This document shows, one piece after another, positions 11,930-24,682 of a DNA stretch of 64,000 bases. Origin of the DNA: Phyllobates terribilis (taxonomy: Eukaryota); NCBI RefSeq assembly GCF_046119375.1, contig NW_027362763.1, positions 319,424,001 to 319,488,000 of the forward strand, in the 5' to 3' direction. The notes beneath the pieces are model-generated. The model was not told where the DNA came from. It saw nothing but the letters and a program-made list of their open reading frames with translations, and searched no databases. A program made the translations under genes and the position numbers. Each line of letters starts with the position of its first letter. Position 1 is the stretch's first letter.

Positions 11930-12880
11930 GAGAGTAGAGAAAGAGAGAACCTTTCTAGCCATAGAGCTTACACTTCACAGGCAAGAAAGAGAGGATCTTG
12001 CTGATTATAAGAGCTTACACTCTACTAGTGTCACAGATGTGTCAGGTGTGACAGACAGTCGCTCTGGAGCCGGCTGCGGAAGGTTACTGCACTTGGCATT
12101 GCAGACGCCTTCTTGATCCTCTCATCTCTTTAGTATTGTTATATCCTTCCTCCTTTAGGACCCAGCAGCTACCTCCACCTTCTGCTACTGATTGACACAC
12201 CCTTGGTTGGTAGTTAAAAACTCTCAGTTTCTCCAGAGAGGAACCGGTGATACTTCTATGTACCTCTGTGTTGGCTTGGAGCACTAGCAATTGGCTAGTT
12301 TCTGCTCTGGTGTGCTTGGAGGACAGTGGGCATTATCTCTCTGGTATCTGCTCAAGCTAAGTGTATCCCCTTTGTTAGTCTACCTTGTTGTCTTTAGTTT
12401 GTAGTGTGGCTTGACTAGTGCTCACCCTGTCCCCTCCCTATCTAGTGCCAAGCTCTAGGGATGTTCAGTGCTTAGGTTCCTGCTCAGCAATAGGTGTGGA
12501 ACCTATATAGGGACGGTAGTGTAGGAAGGGTGATAATAGATCTGCCTAGGGTTCTCCACTCCCCCTTTCTCTAGTGTTTGGGCTTCCTTCCCCTCTTCCC
12601 TTCGTTTTGCACTTTGACTTTCCCTCACCTTGCGTGACAACTGGAGAGAGAGGACCTCACTGATCATAAGTACTAACACCTTGCAGGCGAGAAAGAGAGG
12701 ACCCTGCTGACAACAAGAGCTTATACTTTACAGAGGAGAGAAGAACCCACTGCTCATCAATAGAACTGAAACCTTATAGGTGTGAGAGAGAGGACCCCAC
12801 TGGTCATAAGAGCTTACACTCTACAGGTAAGAGAGAGGACTCTACTGACCATAAGAGCTTACACTCTGCAGGAAAGAGAT
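11930..12880. repeat. ~45-bp degenerate tandem repeat (GAGAGAGGACC..CATAAGAGCTTACACT) interrupted by a solo LTR
   Basis: Motif recurs on both sides of 12029-12639. Confidence 0.65.
12029..12639 (+). mobile_element. Solo LTR, probably Gypsy type (611 bp)
   Basis: TGTCAC...GTGACA termini; 5-bp TSD ACTAG/ACTGG (one mismatch); orientation tentative. Confidence 0.65.
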
Positions 12881-13760
12881 ACTTATGCAGTGACTCTGGA
12901 GGTGGGAAATAACAAACTGCCCTACACAGAATACTGCTGATCTGTGTTGGCCCAGATATTGACCCCACTGTACAAAGTGTGATAATCTGCAAGATGTCAT
13001 AGCTGCAGGGCATTATAGGGAGACCTGTGTGGCAATGCAAAATGAGCTATGCCTGCTATCTGATACTTCAGCAATGTGGGGAATGGTGCTGGGTAAGTTT
13101 TTTTTTTTAATAAATCGAGATTCCAGATTATGGTAAAGCTGGTAATAAAAAATCCTCTTTTTATTCAAATATTAAAATTCCGTGGGGATAAAGCAGGGAG
13201 CAGGAAAACACATGGCAATGTGTTTCGAATGGAATCCAGCGTTCTTACTCAAGGCCAGTTTTTCTTTTATCTTTGTGAACCGTGAATCCATTCTCAAAAT
13301 ATTCGACTTTGCATCAAACAAGTTTCAACTCAAACTTGATCCTTTGCAAATTTATCCCCTCATCTCTACTGATTATACATTAAAGTTGAGACAAAACTTA
13401 ATTCTATGGCAATAGTCTCTTAACCACTACTCGACATTCACCATATATTTACGGCATAAGTCAGGAGCTGGTTATGGAGTGGCCCCAAAGGCTGAACCCA
13501 CCCCATTTCTGGCAGATAATGGCCGTGTTATAAAAGCCATAATCTGCCTCCAACAGTAGCAAGTGGAGTTGTGCTCCACCCACTGCAGTTAACTTCTTAA
13601 ATGGTGCTGTCAATCTGTGGGATTTAAAGGAATTGTTCTGAAGGGGGGCACAGGGCCAGTTTACTGTGAGCGACAACTGTGTTCTCTTTGCCCTGAAACC
13701 CATCTTATTAACAAGAGTCTGACTGGTGTGAGGTGCTTTGGGATTTTTACTTTACTCACT

Positions 13761-14612
13761 TGTAGTTTGGGAGTCATTGTTACCTCCCATCCATGGTTCT
13801 GGTTGCAGCTACAGAAATGACAGGAGACCATAGGTCTAGTTCAACAGGTTCGGCTTTATTGTGCAATTCGGATACATGCAGTAGCGGCACATAGAGTGAT
13901 ACAAAATCCCCTCCAGGTGATGTTCCTTTTGTCCAGTGTACTATCAGTCCCTGACACTGTTCTGCCCGACTTGTTCCTAGCGCAACTTCTTCTGCTGACC
14001 CTAGGGACTTCCTATCGAACATAACAGCTTCCCTGAGGCCCACCATCCTTCCCTTCCTCTGAGACCCGGCTGACATCTTCCTCACAGGGGAGACAGAGAT
14101 ATGACACTCAATACCTCTTCTGGGCCTTAGGCCCAAGACTGCCCCGGTGTCCTCATGAAGCCTGAGATGTGTCCTCATGCTGTTTGGAGGCTTGTACTGA
14201 CAGAACTTTTTCGCCTCTGCTGCATCCGCTTTTTTAGAACCTGTTGACCCCGTCATTATCTAGCACTTCCAAGAACTACCCTCACACACTTGAATCTCCT
14301 AGATTCCTCACTCTACTCTCCACCACTCTTCTTCACTGACTAAAACTAGGAAGTGCTTCCCCTATTAACTGCTCTAATCTCTCCCAACTAGTGGGCTAAT
14401 CCCAATCTGTTAACTATATACTAACCTGTGTGGCGCAAACGATATCCCTATGCTTTGTATGGCTCCCCTAGTGGACAGACCTCCACAATTCCCAGGGACA
14501 GCCTTGAGCATAAAACCTCCAGGAGAACCGAGACACAAACCGGCCATAAGGATAAAATGTAACTACTTTTTATCACACAGATAAATCAAATACATTAACA
14601 TATCACACTACA
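13761..14612 (-). mobile_element. Solo LTR (852 bp), unclassified
   Basis: TGTAGT...ACTACA termini; flanks CACT/CATT (one mismatch); AATAAA on the minus strand near 13856. Confidence 0.5.
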
Positions 14613-15808
14613 CATTGACCCTCTTGTTGACACAACGTCTTCCATCACTCTCCTATAGTCCCACAAACAGAGTACATTTTAATCAATAGATCTTGAAAAA
14701 CATGTTTAAAAACAGGCAGGAAATCACAGAAAGAATCTGTGATCCCCTGCTGTAATGTCTGTATACTCTTTTGCTTCCTCCCCTGTCCAAGAGATATGGA
14801 TATCCAACCATGTTACTCTATGGTCAGAAACAGCCATTACACAGTAGACAGCAGGGGCACATGTATAAGATTATAAGATTATCTCAGCACAGGAAAAAAA
14901 TTTGTAAACACATCCAATAGTGGAACTTATTATTATTACAATATCTATTAATTAAAATATACTTTGTTCATGGAAAAACCCTGTTTAATGCAGGCAAACT
15001 AGGGGGCGTGCAGTTCCACGTGCCCATTGTTTCCCCTGCCCATTGATTGTGGGGTGCTGATGAACTGCCATGACATCCGGGGATCTGCTGAAGACTCTGT
15101 TGCTGCCATGAAAGTATTCCATTGAAACTCCGCCTCTGGCTGAGCTTCATAGCAAACCATGAATTTTACTACATACCTCAGTAGAGTTGTATTGCAGAAA
15201 ATAGTACAAGGGATTGGACGATTGCAGGATCAAGTCACCTAACGGGACTAAAAAAAGGTTTTAAATAATATTTAAAAAAAAAAGAAAAAACATAAAAATT
15301 TGAATCACTCGCCTTTTTACTCAAAACTAGAAATTAAAAAATAGAAAAAATAAACATATTTGATTTTGCCACGTCCGTAAAAGTTCAATCTATGAAAATA
15401 TCAAATTGGTTAACATGATTGGTAAATGCCATAAGGAGAAAAAATTTGAACTGCTAAAATTGTGGCTTTTCAGTCACTGTAACTTAAAAATAAGAATAAT
15501 AAGATCAAAATGTCATGTTCATCCCAAAACCAATAATGTCGCACCTATCCCAAACTGAATGCTGAATAAAAAAATACAGCTTGCCCTGCAATAAAAAATA
15601 CCTCACACAGCTCAATCGATGGAAAAATAAAACTCTTTCAAGTTTACAGCACGTTGTATATTTCCACGTTTTTGAGTTTCTACATTGTAAGGTAAAATGG
15701 ATGGTGATATTCAAAACTACAACTTGACTTCCAAAAAATAAGCCTATATACGACTATGTTGGTGGGGGAAAAAAAGATATGGTCCTTGGAAAAAAAGAGA
15801 GGAGCAAA

Positions 15809-17050
15809 TGTGGCGCCCCTGAGGGTTCAGTCGCCACAGAGGTACTGCACCTCACCCAGAGGTGTGGTATCCCCTTCTCTCAGGTAAGGAGGGAGTGCTG
15901 CCCGGAACCCCAACACCTGCATCCAACACTACACTGCTCCAGGCCGGCTGGAAGGGCAAGATGCAATGTATGTTCCTGCTGAGCGCTGTCCCTGGCTGGA
16001 GTGGGGGGAACCAAAGGTAGGGGGAACCAGTAGTGGGTGTGGGTGGAGGAGGCAGTTTGAGGGAGCACTATAGAGTGAGGTATATAAAGGGAAGCCATCT
16101 TAGGGTGGCAGTTCAGTGATTAGTAAGGTGGAGCACAGTCAGGGAGCAGAGTCTCAGTAGGAGCTCTGCTCCACAAGTAGGGCCCAGTCCTAGAGGCCCA
16201 GGAGGGGAGCAGGGAGTAGGCTCCATTTTGTTGAAGGGATCCTAGAGGGTACGGCGAGTGCAGGAAGGCACTCGTATGCACCGCATCTGTCAGAAGACAG
16301 AGGGACCGTAGGCCGCAAGAAGGGGACCGGCCCCTGGCCCAGGCGTGTACTTCAAGTCTCGGCTGGAAAAACCGGAGGCTTCTGGCTTATATAGTCAGTT
16401 GCCGAAGCTGCATTCTAATCCCCAGGAGGGTCAAGCAGGTCCGGGAACTCCGACGGACAGGAGGGACTTCAGAGCACCTGAGTGGGATTGAGAGTGGGCA
16501 GCGCAGGGCAGGAGGGAGAAAGACCCAGCGTGAAGTCGGTCTAGCTAGGAACACGAGAAAGTGGGGTTCTGTCAGGTACTCCTGATTTACCTGAGGAAGT
16601 GCTGAACCCCTGCCTGGTGAACGCAGCGCGACGTGGGAGGCTAGCACCTGTACAGTGCACCAGTGGAACTGCAATAAGAACTGTGACTAAAGACTCGGAT
16701 GACTGCACCGTACTGCCTCCATCCATTCTTTATCTGCGCCACCCTTCCCTCACCGCACTAGAACGCCCAGCGCAACCACCATCTCATTACACTGCCCTGG
16801 AGCTAGCTCTACCTGTGGAGAGCCACACCATCCCTGCTGCCGTAACACCAGCTCCAGAGGACTGCTCCGCAGCGGCGGCTCCCTCTAGCCGCAATCCACA
16901 GGTGGCATCATGAACACTTTCCAAATCCCCTAGAAATTATCCCCCCTTTTACTGACCGCACTGGGTCACGGACCGGGCCAGCTACCGTGATATCCCCCTA
17001 GCAACTAGAGGCCCGGCTGCCGAGTACCCCACGGCCATGGGGGCACGTCA
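15809..17050 (+). mobile_element. Solo LTR of a divergent subfamily related to the CSD element (1242 bp)
   Basis: Starts TGTGGCGCCCCTGAGG...GGTACTGCACCTCACCCAGAGGTG (homologous to the 508 LTR); ends GCACGTCA; TSD CAAA at 15805-15808 and 17051-17054. Confidence 0.9.
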
Positions 17051-17373
17051 CAAACAATAGCGCAAAAATGAAAATTGTCTGCCGATGGACAATTTATTCT
17101 CTTTTCTCAGCTCTATGTTGAAGGAAGTCTCCTTTCTCTGCATGAATCATTTCCCTCTTCAACTCCAGACCCAGCTACTCTGCTCCTTTTTCCGGCCAGG
17201 GATTTTTGCAGCGATTCATGACTTGTGCAGAGAAAATTGACCTCCTGTTTCTACATAGAGCTTAGAAGGATTCAGGTAAGTCAGTTTTTAATCATGTGAT
17301 GTTATAGACCTAATAGAAAAGAGAAGAATTAGCTGGATAGAAAGGCAAAATGAGCAATTGTAAGTACACAGTG

Positions 17374-17937
17374 CAACCTGGCACTCAGAAGACTCATGGG
17401 TTCTTTTAGTGATTTTTAATAAAGTAATGTAGTAATGTAGTAAATAACAAATAAACAGATGTTTCGGTCACAATAGACCTTCATCGGTGTACGGTTTTAT
17501 TAAAGGCGAGATGCATTTGGGCCGCTGTCTGTAGAAATTTGTAGCATGTCCTGGACAAACGGTGGATACCGCGTCCTGCGTCCTTTACAATACAGCATAA
17601 AACTTCCTACCGGGCTACTGCCTCTGGTTATTCATTTTCTTCTACGGCTTACGGCACCGACCAGGCCATTACCTTTAAGTACCTACCGCAAGCAACGGTT
17701 TACAAATTTCTACAGACAGCGGCCCAAATGCATCTCGCCTTTAATAAAATCGTACACCGATGAAGGTCTATTGTGACCGAAACGTCTGTTTATTTGTTAT
17801 TTACTACATTACTTTATTAAAAATCACTAAAAGAACCCATGAGTCTTCTGAGTGCCAGGTTGTTTTTCTGTATCTATACGGGCTTGTAACCCTACCTGGG
17901 CACCACCACCACTCCAGGAGTGCGGTAGTTTCTATTT
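17374..17937 (+). mobile_element. Penelope-like pseudo-LTR remnant with an inverted arm
   Basis: Near-perfect inverted arms 17374-17543 and 17701-17862, each with a minimal hammerhead-like core; no ORF. Confidence 0.65.
17754..17789 (+). ncRNA. Minimal type I hammerhead-like motif (CCGAUGA variant core); inverted copy at ~17455-17491
   Basis: ACA-CCGATGA-AGGTC(TATTGT)GACC-GAAAC-GTC-TGT; stem II GGTC/GACC, stem I ACA/TGT, loopless stem III. Confidence 0.6.
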
Positions 17938-18471
17938 TGCAATATATTAAGAGGATAAAAATTTTGATGGGAGGAGTGCTTCTTTAATGTAGCTTTCTAC
18001 TTGAGAACGGTTCAGTGACTTACACAGATACAGCAACATGCAACTACAACAGGCTTTACTTAGCATGAGGCAAAATTACAACCTTGCATCATGGGTACAA
18101 TCCTCGCAATTACACACTGTATTGTGGCACAGTGCTTGGCTGTTACAAAGCAAAAATATGGTATAGTGCTTGATGGTTACACTGCAAAGTTGAGTCAATG
18201 AGCTTGGCTGTTACTCATAAAACTGAGGTTCAGAGCCTAGAGTTTACCAATATGGTTCACAACTAGCAGAAGCTGGTCACCAATAGCAATATATACAATC
18301 TTTTGGATCAGTACTCAGTGCAACTCACTTGACACAAGTCACAGTGCAGCTAATCAACGCAATCTTAGCTTACATGGAAAAAGTCACCAGTTACTCCACT
18401 GGTGGAAGGAGACATATTAAGGAAAGAGGTGGTTCAGTATTCTTCGGAGCCTCACCTCCACCCCCCCTTAA

Positions 18472-18976
18472 AGGGAACCTGCCACCAGAAATAATGCTAT
18501 AAACCTGTAGATAAGAGGTTAATCTATAGGTTAATAGCGTTATTATGCTGCCCGGCGTCTAAACATGGCCGAATGCAGCAGGGAAAAAATTTAATTTATT
18601 CTCCCCGCCAGAATTCGAGTTCAGTCATGTGGGTGGAGGCACCGCTGGTTCAGTCACGGCTCTGAGAATACAGAGTGGTAGCTGTAACCGAGTCCCCAGC
18701 CCTGACTGATACTGGCTCTGCATAGGGGCTCAGCTGCCAGTCAGAGCCAGGGGCGCAGTTACAGCCTCCATTCTGTATTCTCAGAGCCGTGACTAAACCA
18801 GCGGCGCCCCTGCCACCATGACTGAAACCGAATGCTGGCGGGGAGAATAAAGTTAATTTTCTCCCTGCTGCATTTGGCTGCATGCCGGCACCGGGCAGCA
18901 TAATAACGCTATTAACATGCAGATTAACCACATATCTGCAAGTTAACAGCGTTATTTTCCTGGTGACAGGTTCCCT
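18472..18976. mobile_element. TTAA MITE (T2/Kolobok type)
   Basis: TIR AGGGAACCTG(C/T)CACCAG; TTAA at 18468-18471 and 18977-18980. Confidence 0.85.
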
Positions 18977-20019
18977 TTAAAAACAGGAAAGCTTAAGAGA
19001 AGAGTGGTTTAAACAAGGTTAAAGGGGGATTTGGAAAGTTAAAGTAAAATAAAAATGGGGAGCTTGTATTTGAGTTACCATACAGTTATAATTGCATGCT
19101 TACAGTGCATAAATGGGCAATTAAAAGCTGTACATAGAAAAAGAATCATGATGTTGATATCGACTCAGACTAACCCTAACAATACGATGACAGCACATGA
19201 CTAGTCTGTGGAAAGAATTTTGATCAAATCAAAATCATGTCCTAAATTTTATATTTAGACTATTTTAAATGAAGTCTCTAATATTTGCTCCTATGTATGT
19301 CTCCAGTGTTGGAGTCTTACAGATATCTTGTGACACCTCTTAAAGAAAAGCAGTAAATAGGGCAGAGGGTGAGAGAGAGCGTGTAGAGCCCTTTACAAGA
19401 ATCCTGAGAACGTTTCCAGTTACATGACCAGCGCCTAAGCGACACGCACGCACGTTGCTCCCAGCAGATGCCTGCTGCTCACATATCTGACACTGTAACT
19501 TAAAACCTGCCACTGTGCCCTTTCTGACCGATACATGTGGCAGCACTTTAATCCCACGCTGGTGTGACAGCACAGTGTCAGAAAAAGTGCCAACCTCTGC
19601 ACATTTTCATGGGACACCTGCAGAGTAATATTATCTTAAGGTTTGGATAGTCAACACTATCTACAGAATGTCTTGAGTCAGGATGCCCCAACACTACACT
19701 ATGGTTAGCATTTCAGATTGTGTTGGCGCTCTGCCATCTTTCGTACTATAGAGCACCAGGCATTAACTCTCTTCTTTCTAAGAGCAAATCACTGCAGAAG
19801 CAGTAGGCAAGAAAAGCCTGGATATTGTATGTACAGTTATAAACATATAGCCATAACAAACATGATAAAAACAGCTAGAAGTTTTTGGTTCCTTGAATTT
19901 TGCGCACGGGGCAAATGATTTGCTTTGTCTCCTAAATCATGAATGCAAAAAAGTGTGCAAAATGATTTGTAAAGCATGAACTTTGCCTAGGTTCTTAGCA
20001 TGGTCCTTTGTTACCTTTA

Positions 20020-21945
20020 GGCTGCGTGCCCACTATGCGTTTTTCAAGCGTTTTTGCCGCGGAATTTCCGCAGCGAAAACGCTTAAAAAACGCTTGGTAA
20101 TACGTGCCCCATGGTCCCCAATGATAATCTGCATGTGCTGTTGACTCGCCCCCTGGGCCGTGGGGCACCCGGAACCGGGCTTCTGTGCAATGCTGGGGCT
20201 AGCAGCGGCAACCCGATCCCGTGGCTCAGGGTGGTCAGACCAAATGCTGTGGCACTCTATTTATAGATTTGGGAATGTCTGACTACGCCACCCGTGGATT
20301 GCGGTCAGAGATAACTGCTGCTGCGAGGCAGACCAATGAGGCTGGTGTTGGTGTGCAGCACAGGGGTAGGACAACTCTCCACGGGAAGAGTGTAGCCTCA
20401 GGGCAGTGTAGGTGAATGCTGGGGGTGATAGTGCAGGCCGCAATAGTAAGAGTTCAGAGTCCGCTTCAAACAGTCCAGGGTCTTTATTGCAGATGTAATT
20501 ACTGACCCGACATGAGTACCGGTTAGGAATGGGCCTGGGCATCTGAGAGCATTCGGGCGAGCCCCACTGGTCAGGGTGAGTGTGTAGGCCTACCGTTCTC
20601 CCTCTATGCTCTTGCTGACTATCCACCTTTTCGTGGTGTAATAGCCCACGTCCCTGAGCTGGCCGTGTACTTTGCCTGTATGGCTTGCGACTCGGGCCTT
20701 GGGTACCTTTTGCTTCTCCTTGCTGTACTGGTCCCTCTGTGTGGCGGAGCCTCCAGGCTTCTTAGGCCAAGGGACCTGAAATCCCTCGCGGGTTGGTTCT
20801 CTGCTGCTGGGCTTGCAACCCTGACAGCCTCGGACCCCAATGTCCGGTTGTGTGCTTCTCTCAGCCAGGACCGGCTCTCGTCGCCTCTGTCCCTAGCTCG
20901 CAGTCTCTCCTCTGCCTCACGGACTCCTCAGCTGCTGCTGACCTGTCCCTCTTCTCTGAGAACCCTTCTGGACACTTCAGAAGTGGGTTCTGGTCCCTCT
21001 AACCCTGCCCCAGTTCCAGCTTTTATAGGGGCAGCCTGCTCCCCCTACTGGCCTGGGACAGGAGGTGCTGCATGCTAATGGTTCCTGACCAGGGAACCTC
21101 CCTCCTGCTCTCAGACACAGCCTTTAATATTTGTGGCATCCAGGCCTGGGGTGACACACTGTGCACATGCTGCAGAAATTTCCGCTGCGGATTATCATTG
21201 TGGAAAAATACGCAGCATGTCCATTAATTTTGCGGACACGCAGTGTAATCGCCGCTATTGACTTGCATTGGACCGCGTGACATCGGCATCACTGCATCTG
21301 CACAAGCGGATATCACACGGTTTAATGTGCGGATGGTACCCAGGTCTGGAGGAGAGGTGACTCTCTTCCAGACCTGGGTACCATGGAAACTGTAAAAAAA
21401 ATAATTTAAAATAAAAAATAAAGATTATACTTACCTTCCGATGTCCTCCCGGTGTTTTCTCCCCTCCGTCTGGTCTGCTGTATGGGTCGCGTTGTTGTGA
21501 AGGACCTGCCATGATGTCATTGAGTCATGTGACCTGTCACATGACTCAATGACGTCACCGCAGGTCCTTCACACCACCGCGAGCCACCCAAGACACCGGA
21601 CGCAGCAGAGAAAACACCAGGAGGACATCGGAAGGTAAGTATAATCTTTTTTTTTTATTTTTTACCATTCTTATTCTTTTTTTTTAACTAACTTGGTCAC
21701 ACTACTTTAAATCCATGTCGGTTGCATGGATTTATATAGTGTGAACAAGTTGTCAAGTACTTTTCCAAGTTATGCTAAAATCGCTTGGAAAAGCGCTTGC
21801 TAACCCGCATGCAGAAATGCATGCAAAAACGCTTGACAAACGCTTCTACCTGGCAGGAAAAACGCATGTAAAATCAGCATGCGTTTTTCCTGCCAGGGAG
21901 AAGCGGAAAAAATATGCAGCATTTCTGCATCGTTGGCACACAGCC
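20020..21945. mobile_element. PIF/Harbinger-type non-autonomous element (Tourist-like) with a nested solo LTR
   Basis: TIRs GGCTGCGTGCCCAC / GTTGGCACACAGCC; 3-bp TSD TTA on both sides; internal hairpins at ~21337-21385 and 21516-21556. Confidence 0.8.
20142..21158 (-). mobile_element. Solo LTR, third divergent subfamily of the CSD-element lineage (1017 bp)
   Basis: Minus strand runs TGTGTCACCCC...CCACGGCCCAGGGGGCGAGTCA; TSD CTGT at 20138-20141 and 21159-21162; shares the GACCGCA..ACGGGTGGCGTAGTC block. Confidence 0.85.
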
Positions 21946-22503
21946 TTAGACTTTGTCAGAAATGCAAGCACCAAAACTGCTGCTACCACAGTGCAGGAGT
22001 CAGTCAAGAAAGTCAAATATCTGAGGGTATGTGCCCACGATCAGGAGCTGCTGCAGCCCCAATGCTGCAGAATAGCTGCACCACTTCCGCCCTCATTATG
22101 CAAATGAGCAGCGGCAATTTTTTTTTTCACATGCGGACTTTCCTCATTGATGCAAGTCTTTTGGGAAAGTCCACATGCAGACCCGCAAGAGAAAGTGACA
22201 TGTGGTCCTGAAGGATGCGCCACTTGTCAGTTTCTGCGGGCGACCCACAGGTGCACAGAAACGCATAGAGTACATGGGATTTCTAGAAATCCCATCCACT
22301 ATGTTGTAACATCTGGATGCTGTGGGATGATGCTACACAAACCTGCAGCATTTCTTGATTGTGGTCACATACCTTAAGTCTCTAAAAATTTTCTGAAAAA
22401 TTATACAACTTGAATACTTGACATTTAAAGGGAGGCAATTTGTCTGAAATGATACTCACAAATATAAAATGTAATGAAATTAAATTAAAAAAAATTAGAT
22501 TAA

Positions 22504-22817
22504 AGGGGTTATTTGGCCTTAGGGTACAAGTCTGCAGTCACTCTATGTGACGACAGACTTGTGAATCTTCACCGCACTTGCAATTCGCACTGTGACTGTG
22601 AGGATTCTCTGGTGCCAGTGCCAGGATTGGGTGGTCATGTGACAGCAAGTATGCAAGTTGCATACTTCCAGACACATTCCAAGTAGATGTGTCAGGCCTC
22701 ACTCAATACTCGAGCACATTTATTCGACATTTGACCGCGCTGGCACCAGAGAATCCTCACAGCGCGAACACTGCGTAGAGTGACTGCAGACTTGTACCCT
22801 AAGGCCAGACAACCCCT
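22504..22817. mobile_element. TTAA MITE (T2 type)
   Basis: Long TIR AGGGGTT..TGGCCTTAGGGTACAAGTCTGCAGTCACTCTA; TTAA flanks. Confidence 0.85.
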
Positions 22818-24303
22818 TTAAAATGTTTTTCATTATTTGTTTAAAACAGGGATGCTCAACCTGCTGCCCACGGGCCACATGGGGCTCATGATGCCATTCT
22901 GTGTGGCCTCCAGATGTCTCTGGCACCCCCCATGTTTGTGACTCCTCCCTGTTCATTACTTTAGAGAGGAAGAGGTGATTTTGCATAAATGTGGTTCTCT
23001 ATTGTAATTTCAAAGATGTGAAATGCTTAGTTTCTCCTAAACTGCAAGCGATGATAGCTACTCTGTTACCACTTTGGCTTCTTTTTTTCTGTAGTGCTAT
23101 AAAGGAGGTCAGAGGACCAAATTAGATATTTATGGCATATACAGTACTATCAATAATACCTTCAGAAGGAAATTACCAAGAAGGTTCATGAGATAGGGAA
23201 TATATTCCTAATTTCTGGTTGTCTGACCACTGGGACCCCCACAGATCCTGAGAAGTGGGGCCCTGAAGATCCCTGCGTGAGTTGAGTAGAGGTCAATCCT
23301 GTGCACTGCCCCTCTATTCAGTCTTATGGAAGTGCCGGAGATCAGGCAAGTGCAGCAACATTAAGAATGAATGGTGCAGAGGTGAGCATGATTGATCACA
23401 GCTCCATTCACATGAGGCTTTTCAGAGCCCTGGCTCTCGGGATTGGTGGGAGTCCCAGCATTCGGACTCTGAGTGATCGGGAAGTCATCCCCTATCCAAT
23501 GGATAAGGGGTAACTTCCAAACTTGAGAAAACCCTTTAAACTTTGATACAGCTCTTTTTTTTTGGTACAATCTAAAAATGTAGCTCTTATATTAAAAATG
23601 TTATGCACCCCTGGTCTAAAACTGGCAAAATGCCAGGGTTTAATTTCTACAATTAACATACAAACATAAATAATTACTTATTCTATCGGCAACAGAAAGC
23701 ATCTCTGCATTATTATCTATATTTTTACTAGTAATGGAAAAAATCTTGTTGGTGACCGAAAAGCCCAGCAGTTCCCCGCACAATGGTGACAAGTAGCGGC
23801 ATAAGAGTAATTACTATAAATTATAATATAATTAATTTATTTAGTAAAAAATATCACTAGATTAGAATACATAGTTAGAGCGTGTGAGGCGCAGAACATA
23901 AAGTACAAGCTATTTACTGTCTTAACCTTAGAAAGCCTTAATTAGTTCAGTATAAAATAGGAAATGTCCGAGCCAGCATTACAAATCCAGTAGTAACCAA
24001 TATGATGCCACCCACACACAGATGAAATATTAAACTCACAGACACCAGAGGGTCACACGTCAAATAGAATATAAGGGTTGCAAAGTCACCGGGAAGTGAC
24101 ACATCTGTGACCTTTTAAAAGTCACTGTATCTCCGGCTGCTAAAGATAGTCCCAAAATTAGACTGCATCAAATGAAATGAATATTACTGATAGGGCCAAT
24201 AAGAAAGCACACTACGCCATGTTTGCAAATCTCATACTTTAGTCATTGAAAAATGGGTCTAAGTTATTGTTTTAGATGACGTGTATTACAGAAGATCCCT
24301 TAC

Positions 24304-24420
24304 CATGTTCTGTTTAAACAGTGCACCTATCTGCAGGAGTTCTAATGCAATCAATGATCTAAGTTTAGCACAAGTAAAGGTGTGTTCATGGGAACACTCT
24401 CTTCCTGATACTCTTGCAGT
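24304..24420 (-). CDS. Candidate internal exon of an unidentified host gene (TARVSGRECSHEHTFTCAKLRSLIALELLQIGALFKQNM)
   Basis: Acceptor GTTTATTTAG and donor GTAAGG; 117 nt open in phase 0-0; non-repetitive sequence. Confidence 0.4.
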
Positions 24421-24682
24421 CTAAATAAACTGGCAATCACCTGATGCACGACCAAAATGCCCAGGTGAAATCTTTAGGTCTGCAAACAAGTTTGATCACT
24501 CAGAGTTTGATCAGAGTGTGAGCATGGTGTGATCCGATTTTCTCGGATGTGAAGAATATGGGAAAAAAAATTTCTTCATCTTCTCCATTCTATCAGTCCG
24601 TGAAAATCAGATGTCATTCGCGGTGCACATCTTCAGGCAGGGAGCTTCCTGAAGCTACCCTGCCGGCAACGCAAAGTGGTAG

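Larger units (their letters stand above)
17095..17983. mobile_element. TTAA MITE (same family as 9033-9479), left end truncated, carrying a Penelope-type insertion
   Basis: Right TIR ...GATGGGAGGAGTGCTTCT followed by TTAA; colinear with the 9-kb copy on both sides of 17374-17937. Confidence 0.7.
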
